Part shown: positions 10,458 through 19,837 of the stretch, one piece after another
Layout: the number at the start of each line of letters is the position of its first letter
Numbering within the stretch: the first letter of the stretch is position 1
From: Perkinsela sp. CCAP 1560/9
Lineage: Eukaryota > Protista > Euglenozoa: Kinetoplastea
Assembly: GCA_965644495.1 (NCBI GenBank)
Contig: CBFFSA010000006.1
Span: 434,001 to 498,000 of the forward strand
DNA: 64,000 nucleotides
Direction of reading: 5' to 3'
Position numbers and translations under genes: made by a program
Notes under the pieces: generated by a model
Told to the model about the DNA's origin: nothing
Seen by the model: the letters and a program-made list of their open reading frames with translations, nothing else
Database searches by the model: none

Positions 10458-11438
10458 ATGTTCCCTATAAAGTTGTCCTCGTCTACTTTCTCCTCCCATG
10501 TACTTCCCCTAATGCCCGCCGTCGACACCCACGTTGGCACCCTCTCCGCGGCCGCCCTACTCTGGACCCCCATCCTCCTCGGCACCCTCGCACCGGCCAC
10601 CTGGCACCCCACCCCCGCGACCGCCTTCCCCCTCCCCTACGCCCTCCCCCTCCTCCCTCTCCTCCTCCTGCTCACCGCCTACCTCGCACGACGTCCCTCC
10701 GGGGAGGGCCTCATGTCCCTCTCCTTTCTTCTGGGTCTATGCACCCAGTGTTACCTCCACCCCACCGCGGAGTACCCCGCCCCTCCCCTTGGGGGGGTGA
10801 ACGTCCCCCCCCGTGCCCCCCCCTCCCCCTCTTTTTCTTTTTTCTCCCCCTCTCTCACGAACGCCCTCCATGCCGTCTCCCCGCTCTACACACTCCTCTC
10901 CGAGCACGGCATCGCGGCCTGGGCCGCCACCGCCGCCCAGCACCCCCGCCGGGTGCTGTGGCTGCTCGCCTGCGTGGGCTTCGGCCTCACCAGCGCCTGG
11001 TTCTGTAAGCGAGCGGACAGGGCCCGGGGTAGGGGGCGCCGGGAGGGGGGGGCCTGGCGCCCACGGTACCCCCTCACGGAGCGGCTCTACCTCGTGCTGC
11101 CGTTTGCGCTGGGGGAGGGTGTGGGGTTGTTCTGGGCGCGCGGCCGCCGGGCGACCGTGGAGGTGCTGGTGGCTATTTTTTTAGGTGAGGCCACGGTGGG
11201 GTTGTTTTTGATGGGGTACCATGCGTTGCGGCACGCCGGGGTGTATGGGGGTGACTTGGTGGGGTGTGCGCGGACGATGCTGCATGCGAGTTTGTGGAAT
11301 CTGTGTGGGGCGGGGTGTGTGGTGGCGCTGAGCTTGCATTTTGTGATACACCCGTTGCTGCACCAGTTGTTTCATAGAAACGTGTTGATTAGCTCGTTTG
11401 GTATTGCATGTGAGCTTATTTTTTATGACATGTTTTGA
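10458..11438 (+). CDS. Multi-pass membrane protein of unknown function
   Basis: 326 aa ATG-initiated ORF with many hydrophobic segments; lies in a C-to-G skew domain. Confidence 0.65.
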   Translation: MFPIKLSSSTFSSHVLPLMPAVDTHVGTLSAAALLWTPILLGTLAPATWHPTPATAFPLPYALPLLPLLLLLTAYLARRPSGEGLMSLSFLLGLCTQCYLHPTAEYPAPPLGGVNVPPRAPPSPSFSFFSPSLTNALHAVSPLYTLLSEHGIAAWAATAAQHPRRVLWLLACVGFGLTSAWFCKRADRARGRGRREGGAWRPRYPLTERLYLVLPFALGEGVGLFWARGRRATVEVLVAIFLGEATVGLFLMGYHALRHAGVYGGDLVGCARTMLHASLWNLCGAGCVVALSLHFVIHPLLHQLFHRNVLISSFGIACELIFYDMF

Positions 11439-11641
11439 GAGCAGCGGGTGTGGATGGCGTATAGAGGGGGGTGTCGGAAACGGGAAAGGTTGAGAATAGA
11501 ACCCCTTGTATCTTGTATTCTTGTTATCCATAGTCTCCCATGCATGAATGGACGATCCCATGAGGATTGGCCCGCAACATGAAAAAAAAGATTTGAATTA
11601 TTCTTATTCTTCTTTTTAAGCCAATCCACCGTCACCCACCC

Positions 11642-13051
11642 ATGTACCCCCCCTCTCCTCTACCCCTCCTCCTCCTCCTCCTCCTCACCCCCCACCTCCT
11701 CACCCTCCCCACCTCAACCGACCCTCCCCCACCCCACCTCCTCTACAACCCCTTCCCCCTCCCCTGGCCCCCTTCCCCACCACCAAAAACCCACAACCCC
11801 TTCTACCCCCCCACCCGAGCCTGCCCCCACATGTGGGACGGCCCCACCTGCTCCCTCTGCCCCGTTCCCTACACCGGTCTCCACTGCAACACCTGCCGTC
11901 TCCCCCCCTCCCCTACCCTCCCCTACGCCCCCCAACCCTACCCCTACTGCGCCCCCGGCCCCGGGGTCCCCTCCGGGCTGGCCCGGGCGAACCACCTCGA
12001 GGCCACGGCGCGGGTCAACGCGGGGGAGGGGGGGGGTGCGCCCCGGTGTAACCGCACCGAGGTGTGTGGGGACCGGGCGGAGGGGGTGTACTACTGTGGG
12101 GAGCGGCAGGCGTGTGTGTGTGAGGGGTGCACGCAGATGTGGGAGCAGGGGGAGGGGGAGGGGGAGGGGGAGGGGGAGGGGGAGGGGGAGGGGGAGGGGG
12201 AGGGGGAGGGGGAGGGGGAGGGGGAGGGGGGAAGTGGGGGGAGAGTGTGGTGGGGGGTTGAGGGGGGGGGACGGGGGAAGGGGGGAGAGGGAGAGGGGGG
12301 AGAGGGACAGGGGGTTCAGGGGAAGGGGGGGAAGGGTGTTCAGGGGGGGGAGGGACAGGGGGTTCAGGGGAAGGGTGTTCAGGGGAAGGGTGTTCAGGGG
12401 GGGGAGGGACAGGGGGTTCGGGGGAAAGGACAGGGGGTACAGGGACAGGGCGTTCAGGGGAGGGGACAGGGGGGAGAGGGAGTGGGGGTTCAGGGGAGGG
12501 GACAGGAGGGAGAGGGAGTGGGGGTTCAGGGGGAGGGTAAGGGGGAACCGTGGCAGGGACAGGGGGGAGGAGGAGGGGGAGGACGACGCTGTGATGTTTG
12601 TCCATGGCCGTACGCCGGGGAACGGTGTAACCGGTGTGCGGTGCAGGGGAGGGTTTTTCCGTTTTGTGCGGAGGAGAGTTGGGTGGAGTGGGTGGTGGGG
12701 AAGGTGTGGAGTGGGGGGAGGGCGATCCCGGAGAGGTTGCGGTGTGGGACCGTGGAGAGGGAGTGTTATGGGAACGCGAGGAGGGTGTTTTATCATCCCG
12801 GGTTGGGGCATTGTGTGGGGGAGTGTGTGGAGGGGTGGACGGGGAGTCGATGTGAGTACTGTCCAGTGCCGTTTACCGGGGTGAAGTGTGATGGGTGTAT
12901 GGACCCGACACTGCGTTTTCCGGCTTGTTATGAGAGTGAGGAGGAGAATCGAAGGGCGCGACAGCTTTATGCATATCGCAGAACTGCGGTGATTTACCCA
13001 GTAGGGTATTTGTCTGAGGAGGAGGATTCGAGAGGAGAACGAGCCTTCTAG
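11642..13051 (+). CDS. Secreted/surface Cys-rich protein with three laminin/EGF-like repeats and a Gly-rich insertion
   Basis: Leu-rich signal peptide; repeats CPHMWDGPTCSLCPVPYTGLHCNTC, CTQMWE..RCDVCPWPYAGERCNRC, CVEGWTGSRCEYCPVPFTGVKCDGC. Confidence 0.7.
   Translation: MYPPSPLPLLLLLLLTPHLLTLPTSTDPPPPHLLYNPFPLPWPPSPPPKTHNPFYPPTRACPHMWDGPTCSLCPVPYTGLHCNTCRLPPSPTLPYAPQPYPYCAPGPGVPSGLARANHLEATARVNAGEGGGAPRCNRTEVCGDRAEGVYYCGERQACVCEGCTQMWEQGEGEGEGEGEGEGEGEGEGEGEGEGEGGSGGRVWWGVEGGGRGKGGEGEGGEGQGVQGKGGKGVQGGEGQGVQGKGVQGKGVQGGEGQGVRGKGQGVQGQGVQGRGQGGEGVGVQGRGQEGEGVGVQGEGKGEPWQGQGGGGGGGRRCDVCPWPYAGERCNRCAVQGRVFPFCAEESWVEWVVGKVWSGGRAIPERLRCGTVERECYGNARRVFYHPGLGHCVGECVEGWTGSRCEYCPVPFTGVKCDGCMDPTLRFPACYESEEENRRARQLYAYRRTAVIYPVGYLSEEEDSRGERAF
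12149..12226 (+). repeat. (GGGGAG)13 hexamer microsatellite encoding (GE)13
   Basis: Read directly from sequence. Confidence 0.95.
12290..12545 (+). repeat. Degenerate G-rich minisatellite (GGGACAGGGGGTTCAGGGG-like units) encoding GQGVQG repeats
   Basis: Recurrent GTTCAGGGG and GGACAGGGG units. Confidence 0.85.
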
Positions 13052-13230
13052 GTTTGAGCAAGTGGTTGAGCAACGAGTGTTCATAGATTCCGTAGATTGT
13101 AGGTTATTAGTTAGTTTATATTTGCATATGTGTCATCGTATTAAGGGTACAATAAGGAGTTGCGTGTGATGCTTTTTAAACCGCATAAACGAAACTTAAA
13201 TTTGCAATATTCCCAGTACAAGTGTCCTTT

Positions 13231-14034
13231 ATGGATCGCAACTCATCCACCCCGTCACTCAGTGTTGTGATTCCGACCTATCGGGAATGCGAGAACCTTG
13301 AGCCCCTTATTGTTCGTCTATTTGCCTCTTTCCCAGAGAACAGTATCAATACTCCAAAAATTGAAGTCATCGTTGTGGATGACAACAGCCCAGATGGAAC
13401 AGTTGCTGTAATGGAGCAATTGCAAGAACGTTTTCCTGCTGTTCGGCTTATAGTCCGCACGCACGAACGTGGATTAAGTAGTGCAGTACTCCGTGGGTTT
13501 GAGCACACTACGGGGGACATTCTACTTGTTATGGATGCCGACCTGCAGCATCCACCCGAGTTTGTCAAGCACCTATACCGGCCGTTCCTCGAGGACGAAA
13601 ATATTCAGTTCGTTGTGGGAACACGGGAAATTCCACCAAACTCCTCTTGGTCAAACACACGCAAGCTTATCTCAACGTTTGCGACTAGTCTCAGTTATCC
13701 TCTTACGTGTGGACAAATGGCGGATCCGATGACTGGATTTTTCGCCCTACGTCGTTCGAAGTATAATTCGTATCGTGAAGCAGTCAGTGCGGTTGGATAC
13801 AAGATTGCCCTGGAACTGTACGTGAAATGCCATTGTACCCCAAAAGAGACTTCCGAAGTCACATTTCCCTTTGGTGTGCGTCGGGCTGGGGAGAGTAAGC
13901 TATCCGCACGTGTCGTATTTCAGTATCTGCAGCATCTGGCGCAGCTCTACTTATATTCCATGGGGCCACTGTTCGCATTACTTCTGTTGATCATTCTGCT
14001 GATGATTTCCTTGTACGATCTCCAAAAAAAATAG
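13231..14034 (+). CDS. DPM1: Dolichol-phosphate mannosyltransferase (GT2) with C-terminal membrane anchor
   Basis: SVVIPTYRE, VVDDNSPDGT, RGLSSAV, MDADLQHPPE, DPMTGFF, GYKIALEL, RRAGESKL; hydrophobic C-terminus as in yeast/trypanosome-type DPM1. Confidence 0.95.
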   Translation: MDRNSSTPSLSVVIPTYRECENLEPLIVRLFASFPENSINTPKIEVIVVDDNSPDGTVAVMEQLQERFPAVRLIVRTHERGLSSAVLRGFEHTTGDILLVMDADLQHPPEFVKHLYRPFLEDENIQFVVGTREIPPNSSWSNTRKLISTFATSLSYPLTCGQMADPMTGFFALRRSKYNSYREAVSAVGYKIALELYVKCHCTPKETSEVTFPFGVRRAGESKLSARVVFQYLQHLAQLYLYSMGPLFALLLLIILLMISLYDLQKK

Positions 14035-14292
14035 ACTCATCCTTTTATTGGTCTATTTCATGGCAATTTAATCGACACTATTCATTTAGTGTCTAAATTA
14101 GACAAATTAGTTTCGACGAACGACTTCGTTTGACGAATTCTTTTCTGACACATAATTTTATAGAGATGTCCGTGTGCGCATGGACTGAATGATAATGCGT
14201 TGTGAAAAAAAAATTCACAGAATATTCTTTCAAACGTATTCTTCTCTTCCTCTCTTACACGCCCCCATGCTCCCACCCCCCACCCCCTCCCC

Positions 14293-15669
14293 ATGACCCG
14301 ACCTTCCTCCCCCACCACCACCCCACCCCCACCTGAAATCGACTTCTCCGAGACCTGGATCCGTCCCCACACCATCACCGTCGCCCTCCTCGGGGCCGCC
14401 GGGATCTGTCTCCTCCACTACCTCACCCACCTCCCCGACGACCCCCCGTTCCACGCCTCCCACTACGGCGCCGCCCTCCTGGCCTCGGTCGCCGTCTTCC
14501 TGGTCTTCTCCTGCGTCCATCTCCCGGACTCCATGCTTACCCGACCCCACCCCGCGGTCTGGCGCCTTCTCCTCGGGGTCGCGGTGCTCTATCTCATGTT
14601 TATGGTTTTCCTGCTGTTCCTGAATCTCCAGGACGCCCGTCAGGTGTTTGGGTTTCTCGACCCGATGCTGCTGTCCCCCCCAGAGGAGAGGCTCTACGCG
14701 GAGGACTGCAGGCTGTTCCCCGTGGAGGACCCGTACCGGGCGCTACGTGCGTTGCTGGATGAGTTTTTCGTGGCCCACGCGCTGGGGTACTGGGTGAAGA
14801 TGATTGTGCTGCGGGATGGGTGGTTGGTGTTTGCGGTAAGTCTGGGGTTTGAGGTGCTGGAGTGTACGTTTCAGTACTGGTTGCCGAATTTTAAGGAGTG
14901 TTGGTGGGATCACCTGCTGTTGGATGTTTTTGGGTGCAACGCGTTGGGGATGGTGCTGGGATATTACACGTTGAGGTATTTAAACGCGAGGGAGTATAAC
15001 TGGGTGAAGCTGGGTGAGGTCAAGGGGTTGGGGAAAAAAGCAAGGCGTATTGCGCTGCAGTTTACCCCACGTTCGTGGCATATCCAGCAGTGGGCGTTCT
15101 TTAACAGCCCCGCACATACCTTGGATGTTACTTTTGTTCTTTTTGTGTTCCTACTCCAGGAGTCAAACTGTTTCTTCGCAAAGCATATACTGTGGATGCC
15201 AAGTACGCATCCCTTGGTCGTCGGTCGGGTCGTTATGTGGGGATTTCTTGCTCTTCCCTCGATTCGGGAGTTTTATTGCTACCGTCGTGAAAGCACGGGA
15301 AAGAAAAACCGACGACTAGGAACCACCGCCTGGGTGTGTAGTCTGGCGCTCTTTTTTGAGACACTGGTTATTCTGAAATACGCCCGACAAGGAAACTACT
15401 TTGCCGAAAACCCTTTGCCTCATCATGTCAAATTCATGTGGTCCGTGGCGCTTGTGTCATGGATTATTTGGTTTGTTGTACGGTATTGGAGGTTTTGGCA
15501 GTGTGGTACCCATAGCATAACACGGCGCGTTTGTTGTTGGATTCTATATGGGATTCCTTTTGTGGCATTGGCTATGCTGTGCGCTATTGCAACACCCGGG
15601 ATTGAGCCTATTTCGGATCCCTGTAAAATATTTGTGGGATATCTTTCCGGTGTACCCGTCTTACATTGA
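14293..15669 (+). CDS. PSS: Base-exchange phosphatidylserine synthase (PTDSS/PSS2-like)
   Basis: RPHTIT, RPHPAVWR, YAEDC, LPNFKECWWDHLLLDVFGCN. Confidence 0.95.
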   Translation: MTRPSSPTTTPPPPEIDFSETWIRPHTITVALLGAAGICLLHYLTHLPDDPPFHASHYGAALLASVAVFLVFSCVHLPDSMLTRPHPAVWRLLLGVAVLYLMFMVFLLFLNLQDARQVFGFLDPMLLSPPEERLYAEDCRLFPVEDPYRALRALLDEFFVAHALGYWVKMIVLRDGWLVFAVSLGFEVLECTFQYWLPNFKECWWDHLLLDVFGCNALGMVLGYYTLRYLNAREYNWVKLGEVKGLGKKARRIALQFTPRSWHIQQWAFFNSPAHTLDVTFVLFVFLLQESNCFFAKHILWMPSTHPLVVGRVVMWGFLALPSIREFYCYRRESTGKKNRRLGTTAWVCSLALFFETLVILKYARQGNYFAENPLPHHVKFMWSVALVSWIIWFVVRYWRFWQCGTHSITRRVCCWILYGIPFVALAMLCAIATPGIEPISDPCKIFVGYLSGVPVLH

Positions 15670-15843
15670 GATGAACAATAAACTGTTTGTACGATCCACC
15701 TAGCTTGATGTGGAAAATCTCTGATGTTGATTGGAGTATCGTTTCGACCTATAGTAGTATTATTCGAGACTTTCTGATTTTTGGGCTTAAAAATAGTCAT
15801 ATTTCTGTGAGGGCATTTTCTTATCTTTTCTTTACATCATTTC

Positions 15844-16509
15844 ATGTCGGCACCTGCAGGAGGCAGTGACGTCGCTGCCACTTTTAAACTAATTCTTGTC
15901 GGAGATGGAAGTACCGGGAAGACAACCTTTGTGAAACGGCACAAGACTGGTGAGTTTGAAAAACGCTACATCGCTACCGTTGGCGTTGATGTTCATCCTT
16001 TGACGTTTCATACTAATCGTGGGGTTATTTGCTTCAACGTCTGGGACACTGCTGGCCAAGAGCGCTTTGGGGGACTCCGCGATGGGTACTACATTGGGGG
16101 AAACTGTGCCATCATTATGTTCGACGTTACCTCGCGTTCAACGTATAAGAACGTACCGAACTGGCACCGGGACATCGTTCGTGTGTGTGATCCAATTCCT
16201 ATGGTTCTGGTAGGCAACAAAGTGGACTGTTTGGAACGTCAGGTCAAGGCAAAACAGATTACTTTCCACCGCAAGAAAAATTTGCAGTACTACGATGTCA
16301 GCGCGAAAAGCAACTATAACTTTGAAAAGCCGTTCTTATGGCTGGCGAAGCGACTGGCGAATGACCCGAATCTGACTTTTGTGGAGGCAAGTGCGTTGAA
16401 GCCCCCAATGATATCCATGGATGCCGCGATGGTGCAAGGTATGGAGCGTGACCTCCAGGAGGCCTCAGCTATGCCTCTACCCGACGATGATGATGACGGA
16501 ACTTTTTAA
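15844..16509 (+). CDS. RAN: GTP-binding nuclear protein Ran
   Basis: [38 protein letters not shown], acidic DDDDD tail. Confidence 0.98.
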   Translation: MSAPAGGSDVAATFKLILVGDGSTGKTTFVKRHKTGEFEKRYIATVGVDVHPLTFHTNRGVICFNVWDTAGQERFGGLRDGYYIGGNCAIIMFDVTSRSTYKNVPNWHRDIVRVCDPIPMVLVGNKVDCLERQVKAKQITFHRKKNLQYYDVSAKSNYNFEKPFLWLAKRLANDPNLTFVEASALKPPMISMDAAMVQGMERDLQEASAMPLPDDDDDGTF

Positions 16510-16901
16510 AGTATGGTCCTGTGATGTCCAATGCGAAAGTTTGCTTCGATTCGTTCATAATTTAATTATGGTTACAAATAGGGAATGGCACTTTAGTGGG
16601 CTGTGAGCATTCAGAATCTTATGTGGCACAGAGCAAGAACACCACTATATCATCACTTTACGGATAAGATCGAGTTTTAATCAACGGATTATCATACGCG
16701 TGAAAGAGAGAACCCGAAGTACAATACTTTAGTATCAGAAATAGGCTATAACTTTATATAATTTTTGTTCTTGGGTTAGAAGATTCTCCTGGTTTTCTTT
16801 TTTGATTACTATTTAAGATTTTAATTTTTAGATTCTCTACTTAGACTAGACATCTTATCTTGTCAAGAGTTATTATTGCCGCGTTTCGAACATGTGAATG
16901 A

Positions 16902-17747
16902 ATGCTGCGAAACACTCAAACCACAGGGTTATTGCGGCGCATTACGTATACATTAGTCCAAGTTCCAGTTACGCAACCTCTTCTTACAGCGGATGAACTT
17001 AGCCTTAAGCTTGGGGAAACTCTACAAGTTGAACTCCAGAGAAATCGATATACCAGCTTTTTGCAGCTCTTACGTTCTCATCCTAAGCTTTTTGCCATTG
17101 AGGGGGAAAACCGCGTTCGCACACGAGTCCCTGCTTCCGTACTTTTTGATCTTCATGATGCAATCAAAGAAGCAGCACGCTTTGGGTGGTCCGGTACCAC
17201 AATGTCTCCTGGCATTGGAGAGATTTGCGGCTTTCTACACCCTGCCACAACAGAGTTTTTGCACCGCGAGCGGATTATATCGTTTCGTATGTTTCTGGAG
17301 GAGTACATGTTTCCGTGGGTGGTCCTCGTCATGGGATCCACGCGATGTCGTTGGATCGAATCTGAACGAACGATTGCGAAAATTCGAGCGGCTCCGGAGG
17401 GCACAATAGTGGAACACCGTGAGGTCAGTGTGTCCAAGCATAATACAAGTAATTTGGTCGGCGCATCGCTACGTGACGCGACGGATGCAAGCTCGTTTTG
17501 GGACTCCAACCCTCAATTTTGGACAGAGGCACAAAAACAAGGTGTTTTGGATGCAGGGAATGTACTTTGGGAGCATCTGCCCTCGGATGGCACATCTCGT
17601 GATGTGATTGACGTTATGCACGAGTCCCGGTTGAACCTGCGGCACGACCGGTACGCTCAACTTGGCCGCAAGTTGTATGTCTTTCCTCATCCAAAGATTG
17701 GGTGTTCTGCTGCACCTGGGAAGCGCTTCAAAATATGGAGACGGTGA
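16902..17747 (+). CDS. Hypothetical protein, possibly mitochondrial
   Basis: 281 aa ORF in gene-sized slot; MLR..LLRR start resembles a kinetoplastid mitochondrial presequence. Confidence 0.6.
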   Translation: MLRNTQTTGLLRRITYTLVQVPVTQPLLTADELSLKLGETLQVELQRNRYTSFLQLLRSHPKLFAIEGENRVRTRVPASVLFDLHDAIKEAARFGWSGTTMSPGIGEICGFLHPATTEFLHRERIISFRMFLEEYMFPWVVLVMGSTRCRWIESERTIAKIRAAPEGTIVEHREVSVSKHNTSNLVGASLRDATDASSFWDSNPQFWTEAQKQGVLDAGNVLWEHLPSDGTSRDVIDVMHESRLNLRHDRYAQLGRKLYVFPHPKIGCSAAPGKRFKIWRR

Positions 17748-18358
17748 AATACAGTGACGAACGACACTTGTCTGAAAGACCAGAATTTGAAAGAGCTTGG
17801 TTGCTGCACGCTGCATAGGATATCGGCGCTCCGCGCCAGAGATCGTGTGTATGGTGTTATATTATATCTAAGATAAGTATAAGTGCAAGATAATCTTACA
17901 CTTCATTCTTGGTGTCCACGTGACCTTGGCTCCAGCCATTTCGGAAAAAACGTACCAATGAACAGTACCACGAATGATGATGACTGGTGACATCAGCAGT
18001 TTTTCCTGACTTTTTTCCGTTCTGTTCTGTACTTGCCCTGCGATCCTATGTACATGTGCTTATCCAAATATGTATGTAAAGGACATGTTTATAATTGGGG
18101 CGTCAAATTTAGAGAAATCGCAAATAAATTATATTTGAAAATCATTTATGTCTTCAATGAACTTTGCGAAGCTCAGAACGAAACTCTTTACAAGCTAGTA
18201 AGTACATACCATAGCATTCCTCAATTTATAGGTGATGGCACATGGAGCTACACGATGTGTACAAAAACGTAGCAAGTACGTTCTAGTTTCCTTATGTACG
18301 AGCTCAGACATGACCTTTCAGTGGGGAGGGTAAGATCTGTTCGCACAAAAAGGTGGTA

Positions 18359-19648
18359 ATGCTGGTGACTCAAACGGGAGATGCTACGGACCTTCTCAGC
18401 AGTGCATTGGCCAACCAAACACAAGAAACCTCGGAAATCTACGCTGTACCCCATTACACGGCTCCACTGCGCGATTCTCGATTTATTGAGACCTCCGAGA
18501 TTCTAGGTCAGGGCGCATTTGGGCGTGTCGTAAAAGGAATCCGGAGGGACACAGGTGAGAATGTAGCGATTAAAGCGATCCGCAAGCCCGACCCACTCTC
18601 TCTCACGTATTTGTCGCGTAAGAGAGCCTTGCAGACAGAGATCGCGATTTCTACAAAAGTAACTCATCATAGTGTGGTTGAGTATATCGGAGTGTATCAG
18701 GACGAGTCTTTCATCTACTTTGTCATGGAGTATTGTAGCAAAAAAGACTTGGAGTCGTATGTCCTGAACCATGGGCTGGAAGAGATTGAAGCCATTGCGC
18801 CACGGATCGTCGCAGGGCTGGTATCCGCTTTAAACTACTTACAAAATATCCAGGTGATACATGGAGACATTAAGCCTTCGAACATTCTCCTTACCTCTAA
18901 TTTTCATGTCAAACTCACAGACTTCGGTTCTGCGCAAAACCGGTGCGGTGAGGTCGACGTGAACTTCGCGGGCACGGCAGAATACCTCAGTCCGGAAGTT
19001 ATCATGAAGTCAACCCCTACTGTGGCGTCGGACTTGTGGGCAGTAGGATGCGTTCTGTACTTTCTATACGTCGGGACCTCACCCTTTTCCCGTGGTACAG
19101 CGTACAAATCCATGTGCAGTGTGAAGAACGCGGAATTTACATTTCCTCCGTACTTTCCGTACAACGCTCGTGATCTTGTTCAAAGATGTCTGCAGAAATG
19201 CCCGAGCGACCGCTTTGGCATGGACCGTAGAAATAAGTTGGAAGCATTTAAAAAGCACCCTTACTTTGACTCCGGATTGTGGTGGGACACTGATTCGTTC
19301 CCATCGACAACTGCTTCGGTAGATTGCACAGCTCATATCCAGCGTTACCTCAAATGTGAGGAGCATGCGATATATTTTTCTATTGTACAGAAAAGAGGGA
19401 ACTACGGCTCGTACGTCAGACGTTTGCTTCTTCTTTCGGATCGACCACGTCTTTCGTACATAGACTTACAGTCCGGTGTCTCTAAGGAACTTCTTTGGAA
19501 CGCGGATCTTTGTGCCACAGTTCTAAATAGAGATGAATTTTTGGTCAACACGTCTTCACGTGAATACCACTTTGTGGACGGGAGACATAAAGCCCCTTTC
19601 TGGTGCGGTAAAATAAACTCCTTTTTGAAAAAAATGCATTTTCGTTAG
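18359..19648 (+). CDS. PDK1: PDK1-like AGC kinase with C-terminal PH domain
   Basis: GQGAFG, VAIK, HGDIKPSN, DFG, FAGTAEYLSPE, DLWAVGC; C-terminal QKRG..RRLLLLSDRPRLSYID..W matches PDK1-type PH domain. Confidence 0.85.
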   Translation: MLVTQTGDATDLLSSALANQTQETSEIYAVPHYTAPLRDSRFIETSEILGQGAFGRVVKGIRRDTGENVAIKAIRKPDPLSLTYLSRKRALQTEIAISTKVTHHSVVEYIGVYQDESFIYFVMEYCSKKDLESYVLNHGLEEIEAIAPRIVAGLVSALNYLQNIQVIHGDIKPSNILLTSNFHVKLTDFGSAQNRCGEVDVNFAGTAEYLSPEVIMKSTPTVASDLWAVGCVLYFLYVGTSPFSRGTAYKSMCSVKNAEFTFPPYFPYNARDLVQRCLQKCPSDRFGMDRRNKLEAFKKHPYFDSGLWWDTDSFPSTTASVDCTAHIQRYLKCEEHAIYFSIVQKRGNYGSYVRRLLLLSDRPRLSYIDLQSGVSKELLWNADLCATVLNRDEFLVNTSSREYHFVDGRHKAPFWCGKINSFLKKMHFR

Positions 19649-19837
19649 TGTATTCAATGAGCACGATATTTAATGAAATGATTATGTTTCATATGCCCTT
19701 TTGAAAACGGGTACTAGATTTTTTTATAATGTTCTATACTCGAAATTAATTGGAAGTACAGTACGTAAGGTACTAAGAGTTTGGACCATGATATTCACCA
19801 TGTATGGTATAGTTTCGGAATAAACATAGGATGCATT

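Noticed and set aside
11714-13084. 456 aa minus-strand ORF and other overlapping Pro/Gly/Arg-rich ORFs
   Set aside because: Stop-poor by-products of extreme C/G skew; the + frame carries the Cys repeats and signal peptide
13231-15669. Adjacent DPM1 and PSS as a lipid gene cluster; many RNA-processing genes in the window
   Set aside because: Kinetoplastid clusters are generally not functionally organised; expected by chance in a housekeeping-rich genome
17974-18009. ATGATGA...CTGA C/D box pair
   Set aside because: Only about 36 nt apart, too short for a typical C/D snoRNA; no guide identified
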